A stretch of 63,738 bases of DNA, counting the filler. It is 5 parts of 5 records of this genome, joined end to end, with 100 filler letters (N's around TTAATTAATTAA, not from the genome) between each part and the next. Parts side by side here need not be neighbours in the genome. Positions count along the whole stretch, not along the records: positions 35,151 to 49,225 come from SRR31156797_1815; 4 more parts are not named here. One strand, 5' to 3'. Every line of letters begins with the position of its first letter. Position 1 is the stretch's first letter. Of the stretch, positions 37,948 through 48,622 are shown piece after piece. The notes beneath the pieces are model-generated. The model saw nothing but the letters and a program-made list of their open reading frames with translations, did no database searches and had not been told where the DNA came from. Both the position numbers and the translations under genes were made by a program.

Positions 37948-38751
37948 ATGAAAAAAATAGGACTATTAACTAATAATTTTATTAAAAGAGAAGAGCTATT
38001 ATTAGGCTTAAGAAATCAATATTTAGTTCATGAGATTGAATTTAATGATAAAGGGATCATTGGAGAGGAGAAAAATAATAATTACGATCTTTACTTAATA
38101 GATTATAATCTATATGAACAACACAAGAAGAGCTTGTTGTGTTCAAAAGAAAAAATAATTGTATTGGGAATTGATAAATCAAATAAAAATTTAATTGATT
38201 TGCTGAAAAATGGGATAGCAGATTATATTAAATTTCCCTTTACATTTGAAGAAGTAGAGTTAAAAATAAATCAGAGTCTTAATAAAATAAATTTAAAAGA
38301 AGACTTATTTCTTCAGGAGTTAAATTATGAAATACTTGATACACATAATAAAATGGCTTCAGTTATAAACTCGATGCCTTATGGGATAATTTTTCTAAAT
38401 GAAAAATCTAATAATGAAAATCAAAATCCAGAGTATAGTGTTGAACTAATTAATTCTATTGTATTAAGAGATTTTAATTTTTTTAGTGAAAATGAGATGG
38501 TTGGTAAGAACTTTTCTGAGATTTTTAATGGCTTGGAGGAGTCGTATTTTTATAAAATTTTACTATTTTTTTCAAAAAATTCATTAATGATATTAGAAAG
38601 AGAAATTTTTATGAAATATCAAAATTTAGATGCTTGGTATCATTGTAGATTCGTAAGAATAAATAATGGAATTTCAATTGTTTATCATAATATATCTGAA
38701 TATAGGGATTTCACTGGGGAGTATAGGGGGAGTAGACCAGAGGTGATTTGA
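37948..38751 (+). CDS. Receiver-like plus PAS-like domain signalling protein
   Basis: YDLYLID..GIADYIKFPF (receiver-like); VINSMPYGIIF...MVGKNF...YHNISE (PAS-like). Confidence 0.65.
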   Translation: MKKIGLLTNNFIKREELLLGLRNQYLVHEIEFNDKGIIGEEKNNNYDLYLIDYNLYEQHKKSLLCSKEKIIVLGIDKSNKNLIDLLKNGIADYIKFPFTFEEVELKINQSLNKINLKEDLFLQELNYEILDTHNKMASVINSMPYGIIFLNEKSNNENQNPEYSVELINSIVLRDFNFFSENEMVGKNFSEIFNGLEESYFYKILLFFSKNSLMILEREIFMKYQNLDAWYHCRFVRINNGISIVYHNISEYRDFTGEYRGSRPEVI

Positions 38752-39047
38752 TGAAATACTGTGAGAACGCAGAAATAATTAAACTCAATTTAATTAGGCA
38801 TAAAAAAATCTTAATTGAAAAATTATTTATTGTTTTTTTATTAATAGGAATTTTGATACAATTTTTAATATTAATTACCAAGTTTTTTCTGTTTTATTCT
38901 ATTTTAATTGAATTCATAATTCTTTCTCAGATTTTATTTGCATTAGTATTTGTTATCTTAGGAAGAAGAAGAACAGGGTTTGTGTGTGTTTTGATGTCTA
39001 TTTTCACAAAACTATCATACTTATATATTATAAATAATATAATGTAA
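38748..39047 (+). CDS. Small membrane protein
   Basis: 99 aa with three hydrophobic segments; overlaps the upstream stop codon. Confidence 0.5.
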   Translation: MMKYCENAEIIKLNLIRHKKILIEKLFIVFLLIGILIQFLILITKFFLFYSILIEFIILSQILFALVFVILGRRRTGFVCVLMSIFTKLSYLYIINNIM

Positions 39048-39079
39048 TTGATCATAATAAGAGGAGTTGAAGGAAAAAT

Positions 39080-40531
39080 ATGAGAAACGAAAAAGGAATG
39101 TTTAAAACCGGAGTATTGGCTTTGCTGCTTTGTTCTCTATTAGTAGCTTGTAAAAAAAGCTCTGCTGATTCAAAAGATGCAACTAGTAAAAAAATTACTC
39201 AAAATACCACACTTACTTATCCAATAGTTGATACATCACAAATAAATTTCTTTGATGATAAAAAAGAAATTAACAGGCCAAAGCCTGGTGATAAGTTTTT
39301 TGGTCAAGATGCAAATTACAATGGATATCAAGCTAGTTATAAGAAAAACGGTGATGGGACAATTTCAGATATGGTAACAGGTTTAATGTGGATATCTGAT
39401 CCTGGAGAAAAAGTGAGTTTTGAAGATGCTGTAATTGGAGCTGAAGAATTTAATTTTGCAGGCTATGATGATTGGAGATTGCCAAGTGTGAAGGAGCTAT
39501 ATTCATTAATCCGATTTAATGGATTGGATGTAATGAGAGTTGTTGATGAATCAACTGCCATACCATTTATAAATAATGAATATTTTGAATTTTCATATGG
39601 TGATGAATCAAAAGGTGAGAGAATAATCGATAGCCAATACTGGACTTCATCTGAATATGGCAGCACAATAATGGATGATAATGAGGGTGTATTTGGTGTT
39701 AATTTTGCTGATGGACGGATAAAGTGTTATCCTAAAAAAAGAGGAATGAAAGTAAAACTTAATTATGCGCTTTATGTAAGAGGAAATGAAAAATATGGAA
39801 TAAATGACTTTGTTGATAATATGGATGGTACTATTAGTGATCATGCAACAGGTTTAATGTGGATGCAAGATGATAGCAGTAAAGGAATGACATGGGAAGA
39901 AGCATTAGAATGGGCGGAAAATGCAGAAATTGCCGGTTATGATGATTGGAGATTACCAAATGCTAAAGAGCTGCAAAGTTTAGTTGATTATTCTAAATCA
40001 CCGGACATAACTAATAGTGCTGCAATAGATGATATCTTTTATACATCTCAAATAACAGATGAAGAGGGAAAAATAGATTATCCATTCTATTGGACAGGGA
40101 CTACTCATGAAAATGCAAATATGTCAGGAGAGAAAGCTGTTTATATAGCTTTTGGTGAAGCGCTTGGATATTTGAGTCAGGGAATGGAAATGCAGGCAGG
40201 AAATAATAGAGGGAAAATGGATCAAAATATGCAGGGTGAATTTAGGAAACCTCCAAGAAATGGAATGCATCCTCCTAGAAAAGGTGAAGAATTTTATACT
40301 AAAATTAATGAAGATAAAATGAGAAGAGTTCCCAAAAACGGCATGAGACCTGAAATGGATGGAAAATCTAATAGTTCTAATATAGAAAGAAAAATAGTTG
40401 ATGCTCACGGTGCAGGTGCCCAGAGGTCAGACCCAAAATCAGGAAATCCTGATGATTATGAAATGGGAAAAGGTCCTCAAGGGGATGTTGTTAGAATATT
40501 TAATTATGTGAGATTAGTACGAGATAATTAA
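39080..40531 (+). CDS. DUF1566 (Lcl C-terminal-like) lipoprotein with two repeated domains
   Basis: Lipobox LVAC; DGTISD..TGLMW..AGYDDWRLP..KEL occurs twice; ends VRLVRD. Confidence 0.85.
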   Translation: MRNEKGMFKTGVLALLLCSLLVACKKSSADSKDATSKKITQNTTLTYPIVDTSQINFFDDKKEINRPKPGDKFFGQDANYNGYQASYKKNGDGTISDMVTGLMWISDPGEKVSFEDAVIGAEEFNFAGYDDWRLPSVKELYSLIRFNGLDVMRVVDESTAIPFINNEYFEFSYGDESKGERIIDSQYWTSSEYGSTIMDDNEGVFGVNFADGRIKCYPKKRGMKVKLNYALYVRGNEKYGINDFVDNMDGTISDHATGLMWMQDDSSKGMTWEEALEWAENAEIAGYDDWRLPNAKELQSLVDYSKSPDITNSAAIDDIFYTSQITDEEGKIDYPFYWTGTTHENANMSGEKAVYIAFGEALGYLSQGMEMQAGNNRGKMDQNMQGEFRKPPRNGMHPPRKGEEFYTKINEDKMRRVPKNGMRPEMDGKSNSSNIERKIVDAHGAGAQRSDPKSGNPDDYEMGKGPQGDVVRIFNYVRLVRDN

Positions 40532-40563
40532 TTTAAATAATATTGATAAAAGTTAGGTAACAC

Positions 40564-40600
40564 ATAAAATGACTCTTTGATTTTCAGAGGGTCATTTTAT
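40564..40600. terminator. Rho-independent terminator
   Basis: ATAAAATGACTCTTTGA-ttt-TCAGAGGGTCATTTTAT. Confidence 0.75.
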
Positions 40601-40669
40601 TTATAAGTTGCCAATTAATATTTAAGTCTCTCTTTTTATTGGTATAGTTCAAGATGACTGCCATAGTTT

Positions 40670-40838
40670 TCACATTAATTTCACATTCCTAATTTATAAT
40701 AAATAAAATCATAAATTAATATAAAAAAAGACTAGTGAGAAATAATTTTTATAAAGTTGAATTATTCAGGTGAAATTGATAAAAATTCAAAGAAAAGCTA
40801 AATTCTATCACATTTTCATAACAATTATTATTTATAAT
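40670..40838 (+). promoter_or_regulatory. Pho-box-like promoters, copies 2 and 3, upstream of the PilZ gene
   Basis: TCACA-N6-TCACA-N9-TATAAT (40670-40700) and TTCTATCACATTTTCATAACA-N9-TATAAT (40803-40838). Confidence 0.6.
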
Positions 40839-40876
40839 ACTTTATATAAGTAATAATTCATTCTGGGGGGATTTAA

Positions 40877-41587
40877 ATGATTAAAAATGATACAAAGGAG
40901 TTAATACTAAAAATTGATAATAAAATTATTAGATATGATATTGAAATAGCTAAAAGAGATAAAGAAAAAGATGAAATGTATTTAAGAATACTTAATATGG
41001 ATGATAAGCTTCAAATGAAAACATTTCTGAATGTTGAAGTGAGAATGACTCAGAGAAATGAGATTTATACTTTTAATAGTATGGTTTTAGGTTTTAAAGG
41101 CAATACAGTAATAATAAAGGAGCCGAAAAAAATAACTAAAATTCAAAGAAGAATGAATAAAAGATATAGTTATAAATCTGATGTTGAAATAATTAAAGCA
41201 GGAGTTAATGCTTTAGGAGAAAGTTTTAATTTAAGCAAAGGTGGCTTAGGCTTTAGAAGTAAAGACTTTTTCTTCACTGATGAGATATTATTTATAAATC
41301 TAAGATGTCCCATACAAAGAAAAATTTATAATCTGGAAGTAACAGTTAAAGATCAGTTTGTGGAAGAGGATGGAACTATTAGATATGGAGTTCAATTTGC
41401 TGATTGGGTTAGAAATGAATTTGACTATTTATTGAAATTTCTAGAAAACAGGGAAAAGAATATAGCATTAAGAAAAACTAAAAAAGAGAATGAAATATTA
41501 CGAGTAGCTATTCCAGAAGGAAGTATTGAACAAAGTATCAAACGAAAAGGATTGTTTAATAAATTAAATCTCTTCAGAGCTGAATAG
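40877..41587 (+). CDS. PilZ-domain (YcgR-like) c-di-GMP-binding protein
   Basis: QRRMNKR (RxxxR), NLSKGG (D/NxSxxG), YGVQF. Confidence 0.85.
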   Translation: MIKNDTKELILKIDNKIIRYDIEIAKRDKEKDEMYLRILNMDDKLQMKTFLNVEVRMTQRNEIYTFNSMVLGFKGNTVIIKEPKKITKIQRRMNKRYSYKSDVEIIKAGVNALGESFNLSKGGLGFRSKDFFFTDEILFINLRCPIQRKIYNLEVTVKDQFVEEDGTIRYGVQFADWVRNEFDYLLKFLENREKNIALRKTKKENEILRVAIPEGSIEQSIKRKGLFNKLNLFRAE

Positions 41588-41701
41588 TGTGAAAAAAATG
41601 TGAATTTTAGCTTAAAGTTATATGATATGAAACTTTAAGTTAAATTTATGTAAAATGTGGGAAAATATTAGTATAAGTAATAAGGAAATGGAGGCAGGGA
41701 A

Positions 41702-41875
41702 ATGAAGAATAAATTTAAATTATTGATTCTCCTAAGTTCGATTTTGCTGCTAACATCTTGTACATCACTAATAACACAGCAAAATCAAATAGGATACGTA
41801 ACAAATTCAAATATTACAGTCGATGAAAATACAGTAGGTTTAAAAGAGTTGTTACAAATAAAAGGAACCCTTTAA
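41702..41875 (+). CDS. Small lipoprotein (57 aa), absent from the ORF track
   Basis: RBS GGAGG; MKNKFKLLILLSSILLLTSC lipobox. Confidence 0.6.
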   Translation: MKNKFKLLILLSSILLLTSCTSLITQQNQIGYVTNSNITVDENTVGLKELLQIKGTL

Positions 41876-41899
41876 AATATAAATTGGGTTCCTTTTATT
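41857..41899. terminator. Bidirectional terminator
   Basis: AATAAAAGGAACCC...GGGTTCCTTTTATT between convergent genes. Confidence 0.75.
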
Positions 41900-41902
41900 G
41901 TA

Positions 41903-42706
41903 TTATTTAATATTTGAAATTTTTAAAAAGTCAGGTTTACGTTTCGAAAAAGTTGTTATATATTTCAGTCCAGATTTTTCTATCAATTCATATGCTTCTT
42001 TAATATGAGCACCAACAAAATCAGCACTATGAGAATCAGATCCAACAGTAATGATTTCTCCGCCTAATTCAATATATCTGGAGATAATTTCATTGCTCGG
42101 ATGAAACTCGGCAAATCCTTTATTCCTTAGAGAAGTATTGATCTCGATTCCTTTTCCTTTATGAATAATTGTTTTCATTATTTCATCTAAAATATCACCA
42201 AGTTCAGAATACTTAAATCCCTTATTTTTGAAATCACCATATCTTATTATAAAATCCAAATGTCCCCAACAATCAAAATTATCATACTCTTTTACACTTT
42301 TATACATATACTCAAAGTACTTGCTATATGTTTGAAGTTTTGTTAAGCCTTGCCAGAATTCAGGCCAAGCTGACCCAACATAATTAACTCTATGAGTTGA
42401 AGCTAAAACATAATCGAAATCATAACTATCAGTAATGTCAGAGAATACTTTTTTCTTATCAATTGAAATTCCTACTTCAATACCAAGTTTAATATCTATT
42501 TGATTTTTAAATTTATTTTGAACTTTATTAAATTCTTTGATATATTCAGAATAATTCAATTCGGGGATATCATCATGTAATTCATAATGATCTGTTAAAA
42601 CTATTTCAGTTAAATTTCTCTTAATAGCCGCTTTAGCTATATCTTCCATATTCGTATCACTATCATGCGACCATGCAGTGTGTAGGTGATAATCTCCTAA
42701 ATACAT
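41903..42706 (-). CDS. PHP-family histidinol-phosphatase (HisJ/HisK-like), copy 2
   Basis: DYHLHT, TDH, GIE, GHLD, GSDSH; start could be 42706 to 42718. Confidence 0.85.
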   Translation of the reverse strand: MYLGDYHLHTAWSHDSDTNMEDIAKAAIKRNLTEIVLTDHYELHDDIPELNYSEYIKEFNKVQNKFKNQIDIKLGIEVGISIDKKKVFSDITDSYDFDYVLASTHRVNYVGSAWPEFWQGLTKLQTYSKYFEYMYKSVKEYDNFDCWGHLDFIIRYGDFKNKGFKYSELGDILDEIMKTIIHKGKGIEINTSLRNKGFAEFHPSNEIISRYIELGGEIITVGSDSHSADFVGAHIKEAYELIEKSGLKYITTFSKRKPDFLKISNIK

Positions 42707-42727
42707 CATTTCCTCCATTTATTTATA

Positions 42728-43534
42728 CTAAATCTCTATTTTAACAAAATCTGGTTTTCTTTTATCAAATCTAGTTATATAGTTAAAACCATTTTCTTTT
42801 AATAATCTCATTACTTCAAGGTAATGTGACGCAAGTCTTTGCGGTCTGTGAGCATCAGAACCAAATGTAATAATCTCTCCACCGAGTTCTTTATAAAGAG
42901 TTAAAATCTCAATATGAGGATTTTGCATTCTGGAAGGATAGTAAAAACCTCCTGCATTAACTTCAATTCCCTTATTGTTATCTATTAAATATTTAAGTAT
43001 TTCTCTTAACTCAGGATAAGATTTTTTTAGATCATAATCTGCGACTTCAGGTGAATATCTTCTTAGTAGATCAATATGCCCAACGATGTCAAAATCATGA
43101 AAAGAAGTTAAGTTATGATACATCTCTTCAAAATATCCTTTGAAAATTTGCTCATTTGTTTTTCCTTTGAAATAATCTCTGGTATACAGATCTTTATTTT
43201 CCACACAATGTTGAGATGCAATTATAAAGTCATACTCTTTTTCATGTATAAACTTTTTACTGTCATGAATAACGTGTTTTTGAAGGCCCAATTCAATTCC
43301 CAGTTTAAGGCTAATTTGATCTTTGTATTTTTCTTTTAGTCTATAAAAAGTAGAAATATACAACTCCTGATCCAATATAAACTCAAAGTCTTCCTCAGGA
43401 TAATCATGGTCATGGTGTTCTGTGAAACACATCTCTGTAATCTCTTTTTCTATTGCCCCTTTTATCATATCTTCCATATCTATTTTACAGTCTTCTGAAA
43501 AATGACTGTGCGTATGATAATCATATATTTTCAA
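42728..43534 (-). CDS. PHP-family histidinol-phosphatase (HisJ/HisK-like), copy 1
   Basis: DYHTHS, TEH, GIE, GHID, GSDAH; TTG start after RBS GAGGAG (start uncertain). Confidence 0.85.
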   Translation of the reverse strand: MKIYDYHTHSHFSEDCKIDMEDMIKGAIEKEITEMCFTEHHDHDYPEEDFEFILDQELYISTFYRLKEKYKDQISLKLGIELGLQKHVIHDSKKFIHEKEYDFIIASQHCVENKDLYTRDYFKGKTNEQIFKGYFEEMYHNLTSFHDFDIVGHIDLLRRYSPEVADYDLKKSYPELREILKYLIDNNKGIEVNAGGFYYPSRMQNPHIEILTLYKELGGEIITFGSDAHRPQRLASHYLEVMRLLKENGFNYITRFDKRKPDFVKIEI

Positions 43535-43818
43535 TGTATTCAACTCCTCGCAAAGCAAAATTTACTATATTATAACACAGAATTAAAAATATTATCTTAA
43601 TTTTTATAGTGAACTAATAAATCTAACAGAGTGTAAACAAGAATCAAGTTTACACATACACTATTCTGCGTAGGAACTATCATTGAAGCGTTGTTAATTT
43701 TACTTAATGGCGTAAGACTTAAACTATAAATTTAAATCGCAAAGTAAAAAAGCTTGTGTTATAATAATGTGAAGGTTTTTTGCCTTGGGAATAAATTTAA
43801 AGGATGGAGGAATTAAGT

Positions 43819-44607
43819 ATGTATAAAAACTATATTTTTGATTTATATGGTACTCTAATAGATTTAGATGTTAACGAGAGAAAAGAGGAGTTTTGGCAGA
43901 AATTAGCACTATTCTTTTCTTGTAATGGGGCTTACTACGAGAAAGAGGAGTTAAGACAAACTTATATGAAGTTGGTTAGTGCAAAGTTTGAAATGAGACT
44001 TGAAAAAACTGAATACCCTGATGTGAAACTAATTAAAATATTCAAAAAAGCTTATAAAGAAAAAAATGTAAAAGCTGACGACAAACTTCTTCGACAAACT
44101 ATGAGAGTTTTTAGAGTATTATCAACAGAGAGTATAAAAGTTTATGATGGGGTAATAGAAACACTTGAATCTCTGCAAGAGCAAGGAAAATATGTATATA
44201 TTTTGTCGAACGGGCAGAGAGAATTTTCCATTGATGAGTTAAAATATTTAGGGATTTATAAATATTTTGATGGGATATTTTTCTCATCAGATTATGGAGT
44301 GTGTAAACCTGATTCGAAATTCTATAAAAAATTAATCAAAGAAGCAAGTATAGATGAAAAAGAATCACTTGTTATTGGAAATAGTTATGCAACAGATATT
44401 GAAACAGCTAATGAATTGGGAATTGATACAGTGTATATTCATACAAATCTATCTCCATTATTAACAGGTGAAATTGATGCAAACTTTACAATAATGGATG
44501 GAGATATTAAAAAAATATTAGATTTTAAAAAAGAAGAAATTGAAGATGTTCTGGAAGATCAGGAAGATCAAAACGAAAATGATACGGCGGAGGAAATTAA
44601 TGAGTAA
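43819..44607 (+). CDS. HAD-superfamily hydrolase
   Basis: [34 protein letters not shown]. Confidence 0.85.
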   Translation: MYKNYIFDLYGTLIDLDVNERKEEFWQKLALFFSCNGAYYEKEELRQTYMKLVSAKFEMRLEKTEYPDVKLIKIFKKAYKEKNVKADDKLLRQTMRVFRVLSTESIKVYDGVIETLESLQEQGKYVYILSNGQREFSIDELKYLGIYKYFDGIFFSSDYGVCKPDSKFYKKLIKEASIDEKESLVIGNSYATDIETANELGIDTVYIHTNLSPLLTGEIDANFTIMDGDIKKILDFKKEEIEDVLEDQEDQNENDTAEEINE

Positions 44608-45076
44608 CTGTCCGTGCGGAAGCGGAAAAAATTATAGTGATTGTTGTGAACAGTATATAAAAGGCGTTAAAGCAGCTGAAACAGCTGAAATCTTAATGCG
44701 ATCAAGGTATTCAGCTTATACTAAATCTGAGATAGATTATATTATAGCAACAAACGATCCGGCAACCAGAGATATTCTTGAGAAGGATGCTATCAAAACA
44801 TGGGCGGATTCGGCAGAATGGCAAAATTTAGTTATTTTAGAGACAGTTGATGGAAAAGAGAATGATGAAACGGGAATAGTTGAATTTCAAGCTATTTATA
44901 AACTTAATGGCGCTCCACAAATCCATCATGAAAGAAGTATATTTAATAATCTAAATGGAACATGGTTTTATACAAGTCAGGAAAAAATAGATACAAGTAA
45001 AAACCTAAAGATAGGAAGAAACTCACCATGTCCATGTGGAAGTGGTAAAAAATATAAAAAGTGTTGTGGAAAATAA
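44600..45076 (+). CDS. ychJ: YchJ family protein with SEC-C motifs
   Basis: [41 protein letters not shown]. Confidence 0.9.
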   Translation: MSNCPCGSGKNYSDCCEQYIKGVKAAETAEILMRSRYSAYTKSEIDYIIATNDPATRDILEKDAIKTWADSAEWQNLVILETVDGKENDETGIVEFQAIYKLNGAPQIHHERSIFNNLNGTWFYTSQEKIDTSKNLKIGRNSPCPCGSGKKYKKCCGK

Positions 45077-45079
45077 AAT

Positions 45080-45117
45080 AAAAATGAGCTCATCAAATTG
45101 AATGAGCTCATTTTTTT
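45080..45117. terminator. Bidirectional terminator
   Basis: AAAATGAGCTCAT...ATGAGCTCATTTT between convergent genes. Confidence 0.75.
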
Positions 45118-45127
45118 ATTATTTCTA

Positions 45128-45835
45128 TTATAATTTGCTGGCAGCAGCTTTATCCAAATAAATAGTAAAATTTCCCTTCGGTTCAACGTGTGAAGCTGGA
45201 TAACTTAAATTTATGTTTTCAAAAACTTCTTTGCATATTTCGGATTTTTTATCACCACTTATTAAAAAAATAGTATTTCTGGAATTATTTATTACTTTCA
45301 TTCCAAGAGAAATTCTATCATATTCTATTCTCTCTAAATTACTAATTGAAATTACAATTTTTTTAGAAAAAGGATCAAACGTTTCAGGAAATAGTGAAGC
45401 TGTATGCCCGTCATCTCCCATTCCCAAAAGTATAAAATCAAATTCAGGATATTCCCCTTTATTTAGGTTAAAATGACCAACTAAGTCATGTAGATATAAT
45501 TTCGTACTTTTATTTATATCTTTATTATATTGAATAGCGTGTATATTTGAATCAGGAATATCTATTTTATTTAGTAGAGTTTTATTCAGTAAATGGTAGT
45601 TACTGTCTTCTGAATGATGATGAACGTTTCTTTCATCTACTAAGAATATCTCTATTCTTTTCCAATCTATATTTGCATTACTTAACCCTTCAAAGAAGAG
45701 CTTAGGAGTACTTCCTCCTGAGAAGGCGACCTTCATTTGGCCATTTGTTCTATTATATATATCTAAGAAATTCTCAATTGCTTTATCAGAAATCTCTTGT
45801 AAATTTTCCCCGATCTCAATAACATTATTTTTCAT
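45128..45835 (-). CDS. pgl: 6-phosphogluconolactonase
   Basis: SGGSTP, VDERNV, LGMGDDGHTASLFP. Confidence 0.92.
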   Translation of the reverse strand: MKNNVIEIGENLQEISDKAIENFLDIYNRTNGQMKVAFSGGSTPKLFFEGLSNANIDWKRIEIFLVDERNVHHHSEDSNYHLLNKTLLNKIDIPDSNIHAIQYNKDINKSTKLYLHDLVGHFNLNKGEYPEFDFILLGMGDDGHTASLFPETFDPFSKKIVISISNLERIEYDRISLGMKVINNSRNTIFLISGDKKSEICKEVFENINLSYPASHVEPKGNFTIYLDKAAASKL

Positions 45836-47369
45836 CTGAATATCTCCACTTTCTTTTATCATCTTTTATCATCTTAAATGCCTCTAAAGGCCCCCAGCTT
45901 CCGGCTCTATAACTAGCGGGAACTTGATTTTTTGCTTCCCATCTTTTAATTATGGGATCAACGATCTCCCACATTTGTTCAATCCCGTCTTGTCTTGCAA
46001 ACAGAGTTAAATCTGAATTGATACAATCTATCAGAAGTCTCTCATACGCATCCAATTTATGAGCTTTGAAAGCATCTTGATAGTTAAACTTCATGTCAGC
46101 TGCTCTCAATATATTTCCTACACCAGGTTGTTTAATTCCTATATTAACTACGATCTCCTCTTCAGGTTGAATTTTAAGAACTAGTGAATTAGATTTAATT
46201 TCACTACAGTTATCTTTCATTAATTTTAGAGGTAATTGTTTAAATTCAATATATATTTCAGTTACTTTTCTTTTTAACCTTTTTCCTGCACGGACATAAA
46301 AAGGAACTCCTGCCCAACGCCAATTATCAATAAAAAATTTCCCTGCAATAAAAGTAGGAGTATTTGATTCCGGATTGACATCCTTTTCCTCTCTATAACC
46401 TAAAGCTTCTTTGTTATCTAGTAATCCATAAATATATTGACCGCTTATAGTATTGTGATCAACTTCTTGAGGACTCATTCTTCTGATCGTTCTAAATACT
46501 TTGACTTTCTCATCTCGAATAAAATCAGCTGTAAAACCAACAGGTGGTTCCATAGCAACCAATGAGATCAACTGCATCATATGATTTTGAATTATATCTC
46601 TTACAACACCTGCTTTTTCATAAAATTTACCTCTATGCTCTATACCTATATCCTCAGCTACAGTTATTTGCACATGATCAATATATTGTCTATTCCAGAG
46701 AGGTTCTAATATACTGTTTCCAAATCTAAAATACAGAATATTTTGAACGGTTTCTTTTCCCAAATAATGATCTATACGATATATCTGATTTTCATCAAAG
46801 TACTCATGAGCTTTTTCATTTAATTCTATAGCGGAATTTTCATTTACACCAAAGGGTTTTTCCATAACCAGTTTTAATTTATTATAAAACTCTGTTTTTT
46901 CCTGAAGTTTTCCTAAATGTTCTATAATAGTCGGGGAAAAAACAGGAGGAACAGCAAAGTATAGAACACTATGCTCTTTAGCCATTTTTTTACTTTTAAG
47001 TAATTTAAACATTGATTTATATTTAACAAGATCATCAAAACCTGAAGAAATGTAAGAGAATTTTTTTATAAAAGTTTCTACTTTTTCTTCATCATATACT
47101 TTTTTAGAAAATGTAGAAAGGGATGTTTTAACGATATCCTGATAAGCATCATCATCCATTTCAGGCAAACCAAAACCGATAATATTAAAATTATCTTTCA
47201 TATAACCGTTGATATATAGATTATAAAGTGATGGTATAAGTTTTCTAGTACTAAGATCGCCTGCACCACCAAAAATAACCAAATTAAAATTGTTTATTTT
47301 ATAATTTTCTAAATCTACTTCACATTCATTATCTTGATTAACTACTGAATCAAATTCCAGATTTTCCAT
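45825..47369 (-). CDS. zwf: Glucose-6-phosphate 1-dehydrogenase
   Basis: GGAGDLSTRKL, EKPFG, RIDHYLGKE, RDIIQNH, RWAGVPFY. Confidence 0.95.
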   Translation of the reverse strand: MENLEFDSVVNQDNECEVDLENYKINNFNLVIFGGAGDLSTRKLIPSLYNLYINGYMKDNFNIIGFGLPEMDDDAYQDIVKTSLSTFSKKVYDEEKVETFIKKFSYISSGFDDLVKYKSMFKLLKSKKMAKEHSVLYFAVPPVFSPTIIEHLGKLQEKTEFYNKLKLVMEKPFGVNENSAIELNEKAHEYFDENQIYRIDHYLGKETVQNILYFRFGNSILEPLWNRQYIDHVQITVAEDIGIEHRGKFYEKAGVVRDIIQNHMMQLISLVAMEPPVGFTADFIRDEKVKVFRTIRRMSPQEVDHNTISGQYIYGLLDNKEALGYREEKDVNPESNTPTFIAGKFFIDNWRWAGVPFYVRAGKRLKRKVTEIYIEFKQLPLKLMKDNCSEIKSNSLVLKIQPEEEIVVNIGIKQPGVGNILRAADMKFNYQDAFKAHKLDAYERLLIDCINSDLTLFARQDGIEQMWEIVDPIIKRWEAKNQVPASYRAGSWGPLEAFKMIKDDKRKWRYSDEK

Positions 47370-47411
47370 TGCACACCTCCACACATCATATGAACCTATA
47401 ATATTAACTGA

Positions 47412-48314
47412 TTATTTTTTCTCTTTAATAGCATGTCCACCAAATTGATTTCTTAATGCAGCTAAAACTTTATCAGTATATGTCTCATCTTTTCTAGAAC
47501 GAAATCTTTGCAATAGTGACATAGTTATAACAGGTGCAGAGACACTCTGGTCAATAGCTTCCTGTACTGTCCATCTTCCCTCACCTGAGTCCTGCACAAA
47601 ACCTTTTATTTTAGTTAAATCCGGATCATCCTCAAAGATATTAACAGATAATTCAAGAAGCCAAGATCTGATGACACTACCATAATTCCACATATGAGAT
47701 ATTTGCTCCAGATCAAGGTTAAACTCCTCTTTTGATTTAAGTAGCTCAAATCCCTCTGCATAAGCTTGCATCATACCATACTCGATTCCGTTATGTATCA
47801 TTTTAGTATAATGCCCTGAACCAACAGGCCCTACATGTCCATAGCCATTTTCAGGAGCAAGATCTTTTATAATTGGTTCAACATGAGCAAAGGCATCATT
47901 TTCACCACCGACCATTAAACAATATCCCTCTGTTAATCCCCAAACACCACCACTGGTACCTGCATCCAGAAAATAAATTCCCTTCTCTTTTAACATTTCA
48001 CCTCTGGCCATAGATTCTTTATACATGGAGTTACCTCCATCGATAATAATATCATTTTCACCTAATTTAGTTGAAAGTATATCGATAGTCTGTGATGTCG
48101 GATTACCGGCAGGAACCATTACCCAGACAATTTTCCTTTCATCTAACTTTGAAATCAAATCATCAATTGATTGGGAACCAATCGCTCCATCATTTATAGA
48201 GTTTGAAACAAACTCTTTGTTAAGATCAAAAACAACAACTTCATGCCCTTTATTAATTAAACGCTTTGCCATATTTCCGCCCATTTTACCAAGTCCGATT
48301 ATACCTAATTTCAT
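47412..48314 (-). CDS. gnd: 6-phosphogluconate dehydrogenase, decarboxylating (short YqeC type)
   Basis: GLGKMG, IDGGNS, SGG, KMIHNGIEYG, LRNQFGGH. Confidence 0.92.
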   Translation of the reverse strand: MKLGIIGLGKMGGNMAKRLINKGHEVVVFDLNKEFVSNSINDGAIGSQSIDDLISKLDERKIVWVMVPAGNPTSQTIDILSTKLGENDIIIDGGNSMYKESMARGEMLKEKGIYFLDAGTSGGVWGLTEGYCLMVGGENDAFAHVEPIIKDLAPENGYGHVGPVGSGHYTKMIHNGIEYGMMQAYAEGFELLKSKEEFNLDLEQISHMWNYGSVIRSWLLELSVNIFEDDPDLTKIKGFVQDSGEGRWTVQEAIDQSVSAPVITMSLLQRFRSRKDETYTDKVLAALRNQFGGHAIKEKK

Positions 48315-48622
48315 AGCTTTCCTCCTTATGATATTCATTCTAATTAAAATATTATAAAAAATAGATGAATTATTATAATTAATCATTTATAATATATTTA
48401 TTACAATAAAAACTATATCCTCTTTTATTTTTAAATTATTATAATTTTATTATTGTAACAATGACATTTAAGAGCAGTTTTAATCTTTCGATTAAATTTA
48501 AGTTTGATTTAAGCTTAAATTAAGCTTTAAAAAAGCTTAGCAGGATATAATCTCTGAATAATCATGAGGGTAAGTTATATACAGGCATGATTGAATAGAA
48601 AATAATACTAGGAGTGACAAAG

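Noticed and set aside
39340-39975. Nucleotide repeats such as ACAGGTTTAATGTGGAT and GATGATTGGAGATT
   Set aside because: Explained by the internal duplication of the DUF1566 domain; no reverse transcriptase is nearby to suggest a DGR template/variable repeat pair.
45128-48314. gnd-zwf-pgl cluster as a novelty
   Set aside because: Ordinary oxidative pentose phosphate operon.
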